Source: Thermoplasmata archaeon (GTDB lineage Archaea > Thermoplasmatota > Thermoplasmata > GCA-020350865). From it: a stretch of DNA of 10,050 bases. A program made the position numbers and the translations under genes. This document shows, in pieces, positions 1-6,769 of this stretch. The stretch's first letter is position 1; each line of letters starts with the position of its first letter. The DNA lies in assembly GCA_020348445.1 (NCBI GenBank), contig CP070751.1, forward strand, positions 2,640,707 through 2,650,756, read 5' to 3'. The notes beneath the pieces were generated by a model. It worked only from the letters and a program-made list of their open reading frames with translations, had not been told where the DNA came from and searched no databases.

Positions 1-2
1 AT

Positions 3-1241
3 CCATTCAATGTCTCGGCTTTAAATCATTCTGTTAAGGGATATGCTGACCCAGAACCAACCATGAATCTATCAAAAGCAGTCTATGTCGAGGTTCCTTT
101 CAACATTATTCCCAATTCACCGCCTTCAGTTTGGGTTTACACTCCTTCTGGGATTCAAAGCGGCAACATAACCATCGATTTTGTGCTTGAGGATTTTGAC
201 CAAGGCGATGACGGAAATATGAGCATCTCTGTGGAGTACAGCACAGATGGCACTTCTTGGGAAGGGGCTATAGCTGGACAGGGAAGTGATCTAGATCATC
301 TATTCAACAATACACTTTATCATTTTGTGTGGGACTCTAAAGCAGATATTGGATCGATATATGACACCACTGTTTACATTAGGATCACCCCTGCTGACAG
401 GGCTGGAAACGGGACAAAGAATCAAACTGGGAGCTTTACTGTGGACAACAAACCCCCTGAGTTGATATCAGGGCCTACTGTGGATGCCACCAACTCAACT
501 GCCACCATCCAATGGACTGTGGATGAGTCTTCAGATGCAAGTGTTTGGTTCGGGCTTGATGGCTCGTTAACAAATTATGCAACTGGTAATTCAGGCTCGA
601 CCTTCCAATCAGTGACACTTACTGATCTAGAACAAGGTCGAAGATATACATATACAGTCAATTCCATTGACCAATATGGCAACCAATATACATCCCCCAT
701 GTATATGTTCGAGACAAAGGTACATATTCAACTTTATAAAGGCTGGAACATGATTTCAATTCCTCCCTATATTACTGATCCAAATCTCGAAATAGTATTG
801 AACTCGATTTCGGGACAATACGATGCTGTGCAATGGTATGATCCTGCGGATGGCAAAGATCCTTGGAAGCACAATCGCCCCGGAAAACCCTTTGGCAATG
901 ATTTAAATATCATTGAGACCAGAATGGGCTTATGGATTCACATGACAGAAGATGCGATTCTGATTCCAGATCAGATCGTCCCAGACCCTGATTACTTTGA
1001 ATTTATCTCTTTGATTGCGGGCTGGAATTTGGTGGGTTATCCTTCTGTGACCACCCGCGATGTGACAACTATTTTAGATCCTGTTCCATACGATAAGGTG
1101 ATGACCTACGATGCAGCCACGGGAGAGTGGCTCAGTTATGATAAAGGAACGGGCTTAGGTGATCTCACAGAAATGGAGCTTGGACAGGGGTATTATATCC
1201 ATGTCACTGTTGATTTCCCGTGGCAGATTACTTATGTGTGA
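3..1241 (+). CDS. 5'-truncated secreted surface protein (gene 1): end of carboxypeptidase-regulatory-like domain, Ig/cadherin-like domain, FN3-like domain and duplicated GWN C-terminal module; paralog of gene 2
   Basis: Frame +3 is open from the window edge (PFNVSALNHSVKGYADPEPT precedes the ATG at 63), and the identical peptide lies inside gene 2 at offset +2651. The ORF-track start at 63 is therefore an internal Met. Stop TGA is at 1239-1241. About 86% aa identity to gene 2 over 412 aa (57 differences by manual count). Confidence 0.93.
   Translation, partial: PFNVSALNHSVKGYADPEPTMNLSKAVYVEVPFNIIPNSPPSVWVYTPSGIQSGNITIDFVLEDFDQGDDGNMSISVEYSTDGTSWEGAIAGQGSDLDHLFNNTLYHFVWDSKADIGSIYDTTVYIRITPADRAGNGTKNQTGSFTVDNKPPELISGPTVDATNSTATIQWTVDESSDASVWFGLDGSLTNYATGNSGSTFQSVTLTDLEQGRRYTYTVNSIDQYGNQYTSPMYMFETKVHIQLYKGWNMISIPPYITDPNLEIVLNSISGQYDAVQWYDPADGKDPWKHNRPGKPFGNDLNIIETRMGLWIHMTEDAILIPDQIVPDPDYFEFISLIAGWNLVGYPSVTTRDVTTILDPVPYDKVMTYDAATGEWLSYDKGTGLGDLTEMELGQGYYIHVTVDFPWQITYV
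723..1238 (+). other. C-terminal bipartite GWN module of gene 1 (two repeats of ~93 and ~79 aa)
   Basis: HIQLYKGWNMISIP...YDAVQWYD...PW...NDL..IE..MGLWIH aligns with FISLIAGWNLVGYP...YDKVMTYD...EW...GDL..ME..QGYYIH. GWN codons are at 741 and 1020. Confidence 0.85.
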
Positions 1242-1277
1242 TTATTGAATTTCAATTTGGGGTTATTCAACTTTCGT

Positions 1278-1294
1278 TCTAAAACATATATAAA
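1278..1294 (+). promoter_or_regulatory. Putative archaeal BRE/TATA promoter of gene 2
   Basis: TCTAAAACA followed by TATATAAA (1287-1294). It is homologous in sequence and position to the element upstream of gene 3. Confidence 0.55.
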
Positions 1295-1357
1295 GGAGAA
1301 AACGGATAGGGAATCAGAAGATTCATGGCCAGAAAGGGGAGTTATGGCGATGGCGAT

Positions 1358-1364
1358 GAGGTGA
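1358..1364 (+). promoter_or_regulatory. Archaeal-type Shine-Dalgarno GAGGTGA for gene 2
   Basis: GAGGTGA lies 5 nt upstream of the in-frame ATG at 1370. Confidence 0.7.
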
Positions 1365-1369
1365 GCAAG

Positions 1370-3892
1370 ATGAAGAACAAAAGGCAGTTAGAATCGATTT
1401 TATTGGTTTTTATTTTTGTATCAAGTAGCATTGTAATCGTGGTTCCTTTGACAGCTCCAAAGGCCAGGGGACAGATTGTTCACGATTCAGGCTCCGCCCA
1501 AGCAGAGGATGGGATTTGGCCATTTGATATAGATGGTGACGCTGATGGCATCGTACATTGGAATCCAAATGAGGATCACTGGATAGAGGAAAATTACACT
1601 GTTGAAAGCGGCTATACCCTCGATATACCTGCTATGAATTTCATGGGCAATCCTTCTACTGCCAATGAAATAACTTTTAGGGGCCGGGGGCATAAGATCG
1701 AGGTGTGGGGCACGCTGCTTACCCACACAAATAGCCTCATGCCCCGATTATGGACTGCTTTTTTGGATGGTGATGGCACAGGTTGGGAAGGTATAATATT
1801 CCGTCCCGGTGGTGCGGGAAACATACAAGATTGCCTTTTTTCCGGGGCAAAAAGAGCTGTTAGATATTTCCCGGCACCCCTGCCTGGCCCCGGTGGCTCA
1901 ATAATGCTGGAACCTGGTATATATCGTTCCCATTTTATGGACATAGAGGAGTACGGCGTGGAGGTGTCCGGCGCAGAAGGTTACACGAATGTGGAGCTCT
2001 GTTATTTTGATCAGAGCACGAATCCCAGGGGAAGGGGTTTGCAAGTCATAAGAGGAAATTTGGATATTAAAAACTCGATGTTCATTTCTCACGGCGATGA
2101 CGAGCCTCAACTTTATATATGGGATTCCATTGTCCATGCCGAGGAAGTGACTTTCACTGGCGCAGGTCGATCTGGAAGCCTGGTACGAATCAGAGAGAAA
2201 AGCAATGGGACAGTGCTTACACAATGCAAGTTCCAAACTGGAGCACCAGGCGATCATTATATATGGACCCAAGGATGCACCCCTTTAATAGATAACTGCA
2301 CCTTTGAGACGAAAGATGGTCAGCTTTCAGTAATCGCAGAGGAAAAATATATAGGTCCTTCCCACCCGATACTTCGGAATGCCTCAAGCATGCTCCCGGG
2401 AAATGACGATGCTCCCTTTGATAATTCCACGATCAACGCCACAGGCGCATCCAGCGTAACTCTTCAATGGTACATGCATGTGAATGTGAAAAACCCACTT
2501 GGTCACCCCATAGAGAACGCACCAGTTTGGGTAAAGAATCGCACCGGTGACCCTGCCGAGCCCCCCTCAAAAATAACAGATTCTAAAGGATGGGCATTAT
2601 GGTTTTTGATCACCGAGTTGATCCAATACAATGATAGCAGGGCTATCTTCAATCCATTCAATGTCTCGGCTTTAAATCATTCTGTTAAGGGATATGCTGA
2701 CCCAGAACCGACTATGAATCTATCAAAAGCAGTCTATGTCATGGTTCCCTTCAACGTGATTCCCAATTCACCGCCTTCTGTCTGGGTTTACACACCTTCT
2801 GGGATTCAAAGCGGCAATATCACCCTCGATTTTGTGCTTGAAGATTTTGATAAAGGTGATGACGGAAATATGAGTATCTCTGTGGAATACAGCACAGATG
2901 GTACTTCTTGGGATGAGGCAATAGCCGGACCGGGAAGCGATCTAGAACATCTATTCAACGATACACTTTATCATTTTGTTTGGGACTCTAAAGCAGATCT
3001 TGGATCGATACTTAACACCACAGTTTATATCAGGATCACACCTGCCGACAGGGCCGGAAACGGGACAAAGAATCAGACAGGGAACTTCACTGTGGACAAC
3101 AAACCCCCTGAATTGATATCAGGACCTACTGTGGATGTCACCAACGTAACTGCTACCATCCAATGGACTGTGAACGAATCAGCTGATGCAAGTGTTTGGT
3201 ACGGGCTTGATGGCTCGTTAACAAATTATGCAACTGGTAATTCAGGCTCGACCCTACAATCAGTGGCACTAACAGATCTGCAACCAGGTCGAAGATATAC
3301 GTATACAGTCAATTCCATGGACCAATATGGCAACGAATACACTTCTTCCATTTACATATTCGAGACAAAGGTGCACATTCAGCTTTATAAAGGCTGGAAC
3401 ATGATCTCGGTTCCTCCTTTTATTACTGACCCAAGTCTCGAAAGTGTATTGATATCGATTTCGGGGCAATACGATGCCGTGCAATGGTATGATCCTGCAG
3501 ATGGCAAAGATCCTTGGAAGCACAATCGTCCCGGAAAGCCCTTTGGCAATGATCTGGATATCATCGAGACCAGAATGGGCTTATGGATTCACATGACAGA
3601 AGATGCAACCTTGATTCCAGATCAAATAGTTCCAGACCCTGATTACTCTGAATTTATCTCGTTGGTAAATGGCTGGAATTTGGTAGGTTATCCTTCTGTT
3701 ACCTCCCTAGATGTCGCAGATGCGCTGGATACTGTTCCGTACGATATGGTTCTGACCTATGATGCACCTACGGGGCAGTGGCTCAGATATGATCCCGGTA
3801 CAGGATCTGGTGATCTTTCGCAGATGGAGCTTGGACATGGATATTATATCCACGCTACATTTGATTTCCCCTGGGAAGTAACCTATGTTTGA
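1370..3892 (+). CDS. Secreted surface glycoprotein (gene 2, 840 aa from ATG 1370; ORF-track start 1325 is possible): signal peptide, right-handed parallel beta-helix, carboxypeptidase-regulatory-like domain, Ig/cadherin-like domain, FN3-like domain, duplicated GWN C-terminal module
   Basis: Signal peptide MKNKRQLESILLVFIFVSSSIVIVVPLTAPKARG|Q (1370-1471). Beta-helix-type motifs W.GIIF, DCLF, QCKF and DNCTF (~1550-2470). VNVKNPLGHPIENAPVWV...TDSKGWA (~2472-2750). NSPPSV...SVEYSTDG.SW...FTVDN (~2765-3100). PPELISGPTV..TN.TATIQWT..LTDLQPGRRYTYTVNS.D.YGN (~3101-3373). GWN module 3374-3889. 20 N-x-S/T sequons. Domain names come from motif recognition, not an HMM search. Confidence 0.93.
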   Translation: MKNKRQLESILLVFIFVSSSIVIVVPLTAPKARGQIVHDSGSAQAEDGIWPFDIDGDADGIVHWNPNEDHWIEENYTVESGYTLDIPAMNFMGNPSTANEITFRGRGHKIEVWGTLLTHTNSLMPRLWTAFLDGDGTGWEGIIFRPGGAGNIQDCLFSGAKRAVRYFPAPLPGPGGSIMLEPGIYRSHFMDIEEYGVEVSGAEGYTNVELCYFDQSTNPRGRGLQVIRGNLDIKNSMFISHGDDEPQLYIWDSIVHAEEVTFTGAGRSGSLVRIREKSNGTVLTQCKFQTGAPGDHYIWTQGCTPLIDNCTFETKDGQLSVIAEEKYIGPSHPILRNASSMLPGNDDAPFDNSTINATGASSVTLQWYMHVNVKNPLGHPIENAPVWVKNRTGDPAEPPSKITDSKGWALWFLITELIQYNDSRAIFNPFNVSALNHSVKGYADPEPTMNLSKAVYVMVPFNVIPNSPPSVWVYTPSGIQSGNITLDFVLEDFDKGDDGNMSISVEYSTDGTSWDEAIAGPGSDLEHLFNDTLYHFVWDSKADLGSILNTTVYIRITPADRAGNGTKNQTGNFTVDNKPPELISGPTVDVTNVTATIQWTVNESADASVWYGLDGSLTNYATGNSGSTLQSVALTDLQPGRRYTYTVNSMDQYGNEYTSSIYIFETKVHIQLYKGWNMISVPPFITDPSLESVLISISGQYDAVQWYDPADGKDPWKHNRPGKPFGNDLDIIETRMGLWIHMTEDATLIPDQIVPDPDYSEFISLVNGWNLVGYPSVTSLDVADALDTVPYDMVLTYDAPTGQWLRYDPGTGSGDLSQMELGHGYYIHATFDFPWEVTYV
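3374..3889 (+). other. C-terminal bipartite GWN module of gene 2
   Basis: HIQLYKGWNMISVP... followed by FISLVNGWNLVGYP...GYYIHATFDFPWEVTYV-stop. No hydrophobic tail. Confidence 0.85.
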
Positions 3893-3928
3893 TAGTTGAG
3901 TTTCAATAGGCCATTGTTCAAGTATTGC

Positions 3929-3945
3929 TCTAAAACCTTTATATA
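3929..3945 (+). promoter_or_regulatory. Putative archaeal BRE/TATA promoter of gene 3
   Basis: TCTAAAACC immediately followed by TTTATATA (3938-3945), a close match to the archaeal TATA consensus, 55 nt before the ATG at 4001. Confidence 0.65.
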
Positions 3946-3986
3946 GTACATTACTGATTATGAGGGTGAAATTTATTAAAGGAGAT

Positions 3987-3991
3987 GGAGG
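3987..3991 (+). promoter_or_regulatory. Shine-Dalgarno GGAGG for gene 3
   Basis: GGAGG lies 9 nt upstream of ATG 4001 (12 nt from the second ATG at 4004). Confidence 0.55.
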
Positions 3992-4000
3992 CATAAAAAT

Positions 4001-6520
4001 ATGATGACTAGATTGAAGACTTTAAAGGATAAAAGGCAGTTGGAATCGATTTTGATCGTGTGTGTGCTTTTGGCAACGAGCATAGTGGTGATTTTTCCAC
4101 TGACCGCGCCCAAGGTTAGTGGTCAAATTATTCATGATATGGGCCAAGCCATGCTAGAAGACGGCCAACCCACTGATGCCGATGGTCAAATTAACCAAAT
4201 CGTTGTATGGGACAATTCTGACACACATATAGTTCAAACACAAAATTATCTTGTTAATCCCGGGTATACACTGGTTATACACGGATTAACTCCTCCAAAT
4301 GGTATATCTTTTGATTTGGGAGCAACCAGGATAGATGTGGCAGTTGACGCCAAATTGATCACCCATGATAATGGTGCTGACTTCACAAGAACTGTATTTT
4401 CTTCCTCAGGAATTGGAGGCTGGGACGGCATATATTTCCTGCCAGGCAGTGAAGGTAGAATATTGGATTGCGAGTTCGATGGTCCCAACAATGGTGTGAT
4501 TTTCCAAGGAGCATCCCTTATGGAACCTGGTATATCCAAATCCAGTTTTATAAATATGGCCGCATTTGGTATACAAATGGATAGAGCAGTGAATTATACG
4601 AACATGGATTTCGTCGTATTCGATGACAGCGCCGCACCAAGCGCGGTTTGTCTGGATGTTCGCAATGGCACTTTGAATTTGACCGACGGTGTAAGCTTCA
4701 TAGGCCACGGCATTGGTATGCCCAGTATGTATGTTTCCAATGCGAACGTAACCCTCGATAGCGTTAACTTCAATGGTTTTGATATTCCAGGTCAGGGTCT
4801 TTTGGTGGAGGAAAAGTCCAATGGGACAGTGCTTGATTTCTGCGAGTTTCAAGGTGGTTGGCCTGGTGAATATTATGCAAAAACCAACGGGGCATCCATT
4901 TTTATGGATAACTGCTCATTTTACCAGGGAGGAGCCTCCGCCGGCGCTCTAACATTGCAGGCAAATGATTATTCCCCAGGTTTTCCATCCCATGATCTTC
5001 TAAGGAATCCCATGGGTATAGGCAGCGACTGGGACAATGCAACACTAGGTGTCACTGGAGCCTCTAGCATCACTGTGGAGTGGTGGCTGGATGTGGAGGT
5101 GGTGGATCCTGATGGTCACCATATAATAAGCTCAACTGTCAATGTCTCAGACCCCTCTTCCCCTGACAAACGGCTTTCTGATGCATTGGGCTTTGCAAGA
5201 TGGTTTTTGGTCACTGAGTTTATTCAATACAGCGGTTTGCGGTCATACTTCGATCCATTCAATATCTCTGCCACCAACGTTTCGTCTATCGGGTATCTGG
5301 AACCACCGGCCAGTGTAGAAAAGTCAAAGATCGTAACAGTTGTCGTTCCATTCAGTATTATACCAAACACGTTACCTAAGGTCACATGGTTGCCCACACC
5401 CCCAGGTGTACAATCTGGCAATATCACCATCGAATATATACTCGAAGATCTAGACCCATGGGACGACGGAACCCTAAATGTAACAGTATCCTACAGCTTT
5501 GATTCCTTGATCTGGCATTATGCAACTGCTATGCCCAGTAGCCCCCCGACTGTTAATCTGAACAATAACACGCTCTATTACTTCTATTGGGACTCCTCAT
5601 GGGATTTGTTTGAAATGCAAGTTCCAGTAATATATATTCAGGTCCGTCCTTATGATGCCGCGGGCCGAGCCGGAGGCCAATCTGGGCTTACATTGGAAAC
5701 CGGGGCTTTCGAGGTGGACAACCAGGCACCAAGCCTCGTTGGTCAAGATCCTACTGCCACGCCTACAAACACCACCGCACTTGTCACATGGTTCGTGAGT
5801 GAAGATGCCGATGCAGCGGTATGGTACGGGCTCGATGGTGTTCCTACAATGGAGCAGACAGGCGCTGTACAAACCCCAGATCAAAGTGTGGATCTAACAG
5901 GCTTGATTCCAGGCAGGAATTACACATTTTATGCCAATTCCACAGACGCAATGGGTAACAAAGCTTCCTTTGGACCGTTTTGGTTCCACACAGAGGTTCA
6001 TATCCAATTATATAAAGGCTGGAACATGATATCGATTCCGCCTGACATTCCCGACCCAGATATTGCAGACGTTCTGCTCCCGATAGCAGGCGACTATGAT
6101 GCCGTTCAGAGGTACGATCCATCGGACGCCACAGATCCTTGGAAGCACTACAATCCAAATAAACCCTCACAATACAACGATTTGAACCAGTTGGCCTTGA
6201 ATATGGGCCTTTGGATACACATGACAACCGAGAGAGTTTTCATAGTAAACCATGAAGTTCCAACTCCTTCAGGTGCATATCCCATTGGAATGTTTGTGGG
6301 CTGGAACCTCGTTCCATATCCATCATCCATTGCAAGGGATGTTCCCACAGCATTATCAGGCGGCTTCTCATGGGATATGGTCATGTATTTCGACGGAGCT
6401 TCTGGTCAATGGTTAAGATATGACGGGGTAACATATTTCGACATCACCCAAATGGAGATCGGTCATGCCTATTATGTCCATGTCACATCAGGTGGATTTT
6501 GGAACGTAAATTATACGTGA
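4001..6520 (+). CDS. Secreted surface glycoprotein (gene 3, 839 aa): more diverged paralog of gene 2 with the same architecture (signal peptide, beta-helix, Ig/FN3-like stalk, GWN module)
   Basis: Signal peptide ...KDKRQLESILIVCVLLATSIVVIFPLTAPKVSG|Q (4001-4123) is homologous to gene 2. Shared motifs: W.GI.F.PG..G.I.DC.F, MEPGI, EKSNGTVL..C.FQ.G.PG, DNC.F, QSGNITI, EDxDxxDDG, F.VDN.PP, VWYGLDG and VHIQLYKGWNMIS. About 17 N-x-S/T sequons. Confidence 0.93.
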   Translation: MMTRLKTLKDKRQLESILIVCVLLATSIVVIFPLTAPKVSGQIIHDMGQAMLEDGQPTDADGQINQIVVWDNSDTHIVQTQNYLVNPGYTLVIHGLTPPNGISFDLGATRIDVAVDAKLITHDNGADFTRTVFSSSGIGGWDGIYFLPGSEGRILDCEFDGPNNGVIFQGASLMEPGISKSSFINMAAFGIQMDRAVNYTNMDFVVFDDSAAPSAVCLDVRNGTLNLTDGVSFIGHGIGMPSMYVSNANVTLDSVNFNGFDIPGQGLLVEEKSNGTVLDFCEFQGGWPGEYYAKTNGASIFMDNCSFYQGGASAGALTLQANDYSPGFPSHDLLRNPMGIGSDWDNATLGVTGASSITVEWWLDVEVVDPDGHHIISSTVNVSDPSSPDKRLSDALGFARWFLVTEFIQYSGLRSYFDPFNISATNVSSIGYLEPPASVEKSKIVTVVVPFSIIPNTLPKVTWLPTPPGVQSGNITIEYILEDLDPWDDGTLNVTVSYSFDSLIWHYATAMPSSPPTVNLNNNTLYYFYWDSSWDLFEMQVPVIYIQVRPYDAAGRAGGQSGLTLETGAFEVDNQAPSLVGQDPTATPTNTTALVTWFVSEDADAAVWYGLDGVPTMEQTGAVQTPDQSVDLTGLIPGRNYTFYANSTDAMGNKASFGPFWFHTEVHIQLYKGWNMISIPPDIPDPDIADVLLPIAGDYDAVQRYDPSDATDPWKHYNPNKPSQYNDLNQLALNMGLWIHMTTERVFIVNHEVPTPSGAYPIGMFVGWNLVPYPSSIARDVPTALSGGFSWDMVMYFDGASGQWLRYDGVTYFDITQMEIGHAYYVHVTSGGFWNVNYT
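5999..6517 (+). other. C-terminal bipartite GWN module of gene 3
   Basis: HIQLYKGWNMISIPP...YDAVQRYD..D..DPWKHY.P.KP...NDL.....MGLWIHMT, then IGMFVGWNLVPYPS...WDMVMYFD..SGQWLRYD...DITQMEIGHAYYVH...-stop. Confidence 0.85.
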
Positions 6521-6523
6521 TAT

Positions 6524-6600
6524 TGACCATAATTATTTATAGTCATATTCCCATGCCAATTGGCAGGTCTGGCTGTTTCCTCATAGGCTGAGGTAAGCCA
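6524..6600. promoter_or_regulatory. Cluster of dyad-symmetry elements downstream of gene 3 (operator, terminator or RNA structure candidates)
   Basis: TGACCATAA-ttat-TTATAGTCA (6524-6545, 8/9 pairs), perfect palindrome TGCCAATTGGCA (6554-6565), and an interrupted hairpin TGGCT..CCTCA-taggc-TGAGG..AGCCA (6570-6600). Confidence 0.4.
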
Positions 6601-6719
6601 AGGCAAAACTCTAAATACCTTAAAGAGTATACGGTTTATGTGCACTAATATAATGAACATACGAATTAAAACCTAAAAACCGAAAAAAATGTCCGATGCA
6701 TGGGATGGCAATAAGGGGA

Positions 6720-6735
6720 GAAAAAGAATTATATC
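6720..6735 (+). promoter_or_regulatory. Possible BRE/TATA promoter of gene 4
   Basis: Purine-rich GAAAAAG followed by AATTATAT, about 40 nt upstream of ATG 6777. It is a weaker match than the gene 3 promoter. Confidence 0.3.
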
Positions 6736-6764
6736 CTTGTTTCGGGCAGAGAATTTGATGAAAT

Positions 6765-6769
6765 GGAGG
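6765..6769 (+). promoter_or_regulatory. Shine-Dalgarno GGAGG for gene 4
   Basis: GGAGG lies 7 nt upstream of ATG 6777. An in-frame TGA at 6759-6761 excludes earlier starts. Confidence 0.7.

Larger units (their letters stand above)
1..1291 (+). repeat. Direct repeat copy 1 of a tandem gene duplication (partner 2652 to ~3945, offset 2651)
   Basis: 1-58 is identical to 2652-2709 and 551-602 is identical to 3202-3253. ATG 63 maps to ATG 2714 and stop 1241 maps to stop 3892, with no indel. Intergenic motifs TTCAA (1251/3902, 1266/3917) and TCTAAAAC (1278/3929) keep the same offset. Confidence 0.95.
2652..3945 (+). repeat. Direct repeat copy 2 of the tandem duplication (partner 1 to ~1291)
   Basis: Colinear with 1-1291 at offset 2651; includes the stop codon and the downstream promoter region. 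Confidence 0.95.

Noticed and set aside
63-65. ATG 63 as the start of gene 1
   Set aside because: The frame is open upstream to the window edge and the same Met is internal in gene 2 (2714), so the gene is 5'-truncated.
1020-1241. DGR-style variable region/template repeat between the 3' ends of genes 1 and 2 (3671-3892)
   Set aside because: Differences include G/T, C/T and G/C changes in both copies rather than adenine-restricted substitutions. Both copies are intact CDS ends, and no reverse transcriptase is present in the window.
1487-6384. Minus-strand ORFs of 68-148 aa inside genes 2 and 3
   Set aside because: They are antisense shadows of long, domain-coherent + strand genes, with no recognisable motifs or paralogous conservation.
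6601-6645. GGCAAAAC... as a c-di-GMP-I (GEMM) riboswitch start
   Set aside because: The GNRA loop, the GACGCAAAG junction and the second stem are absent; only a weak 5-bp ACTCT/AGAGT stem is present.
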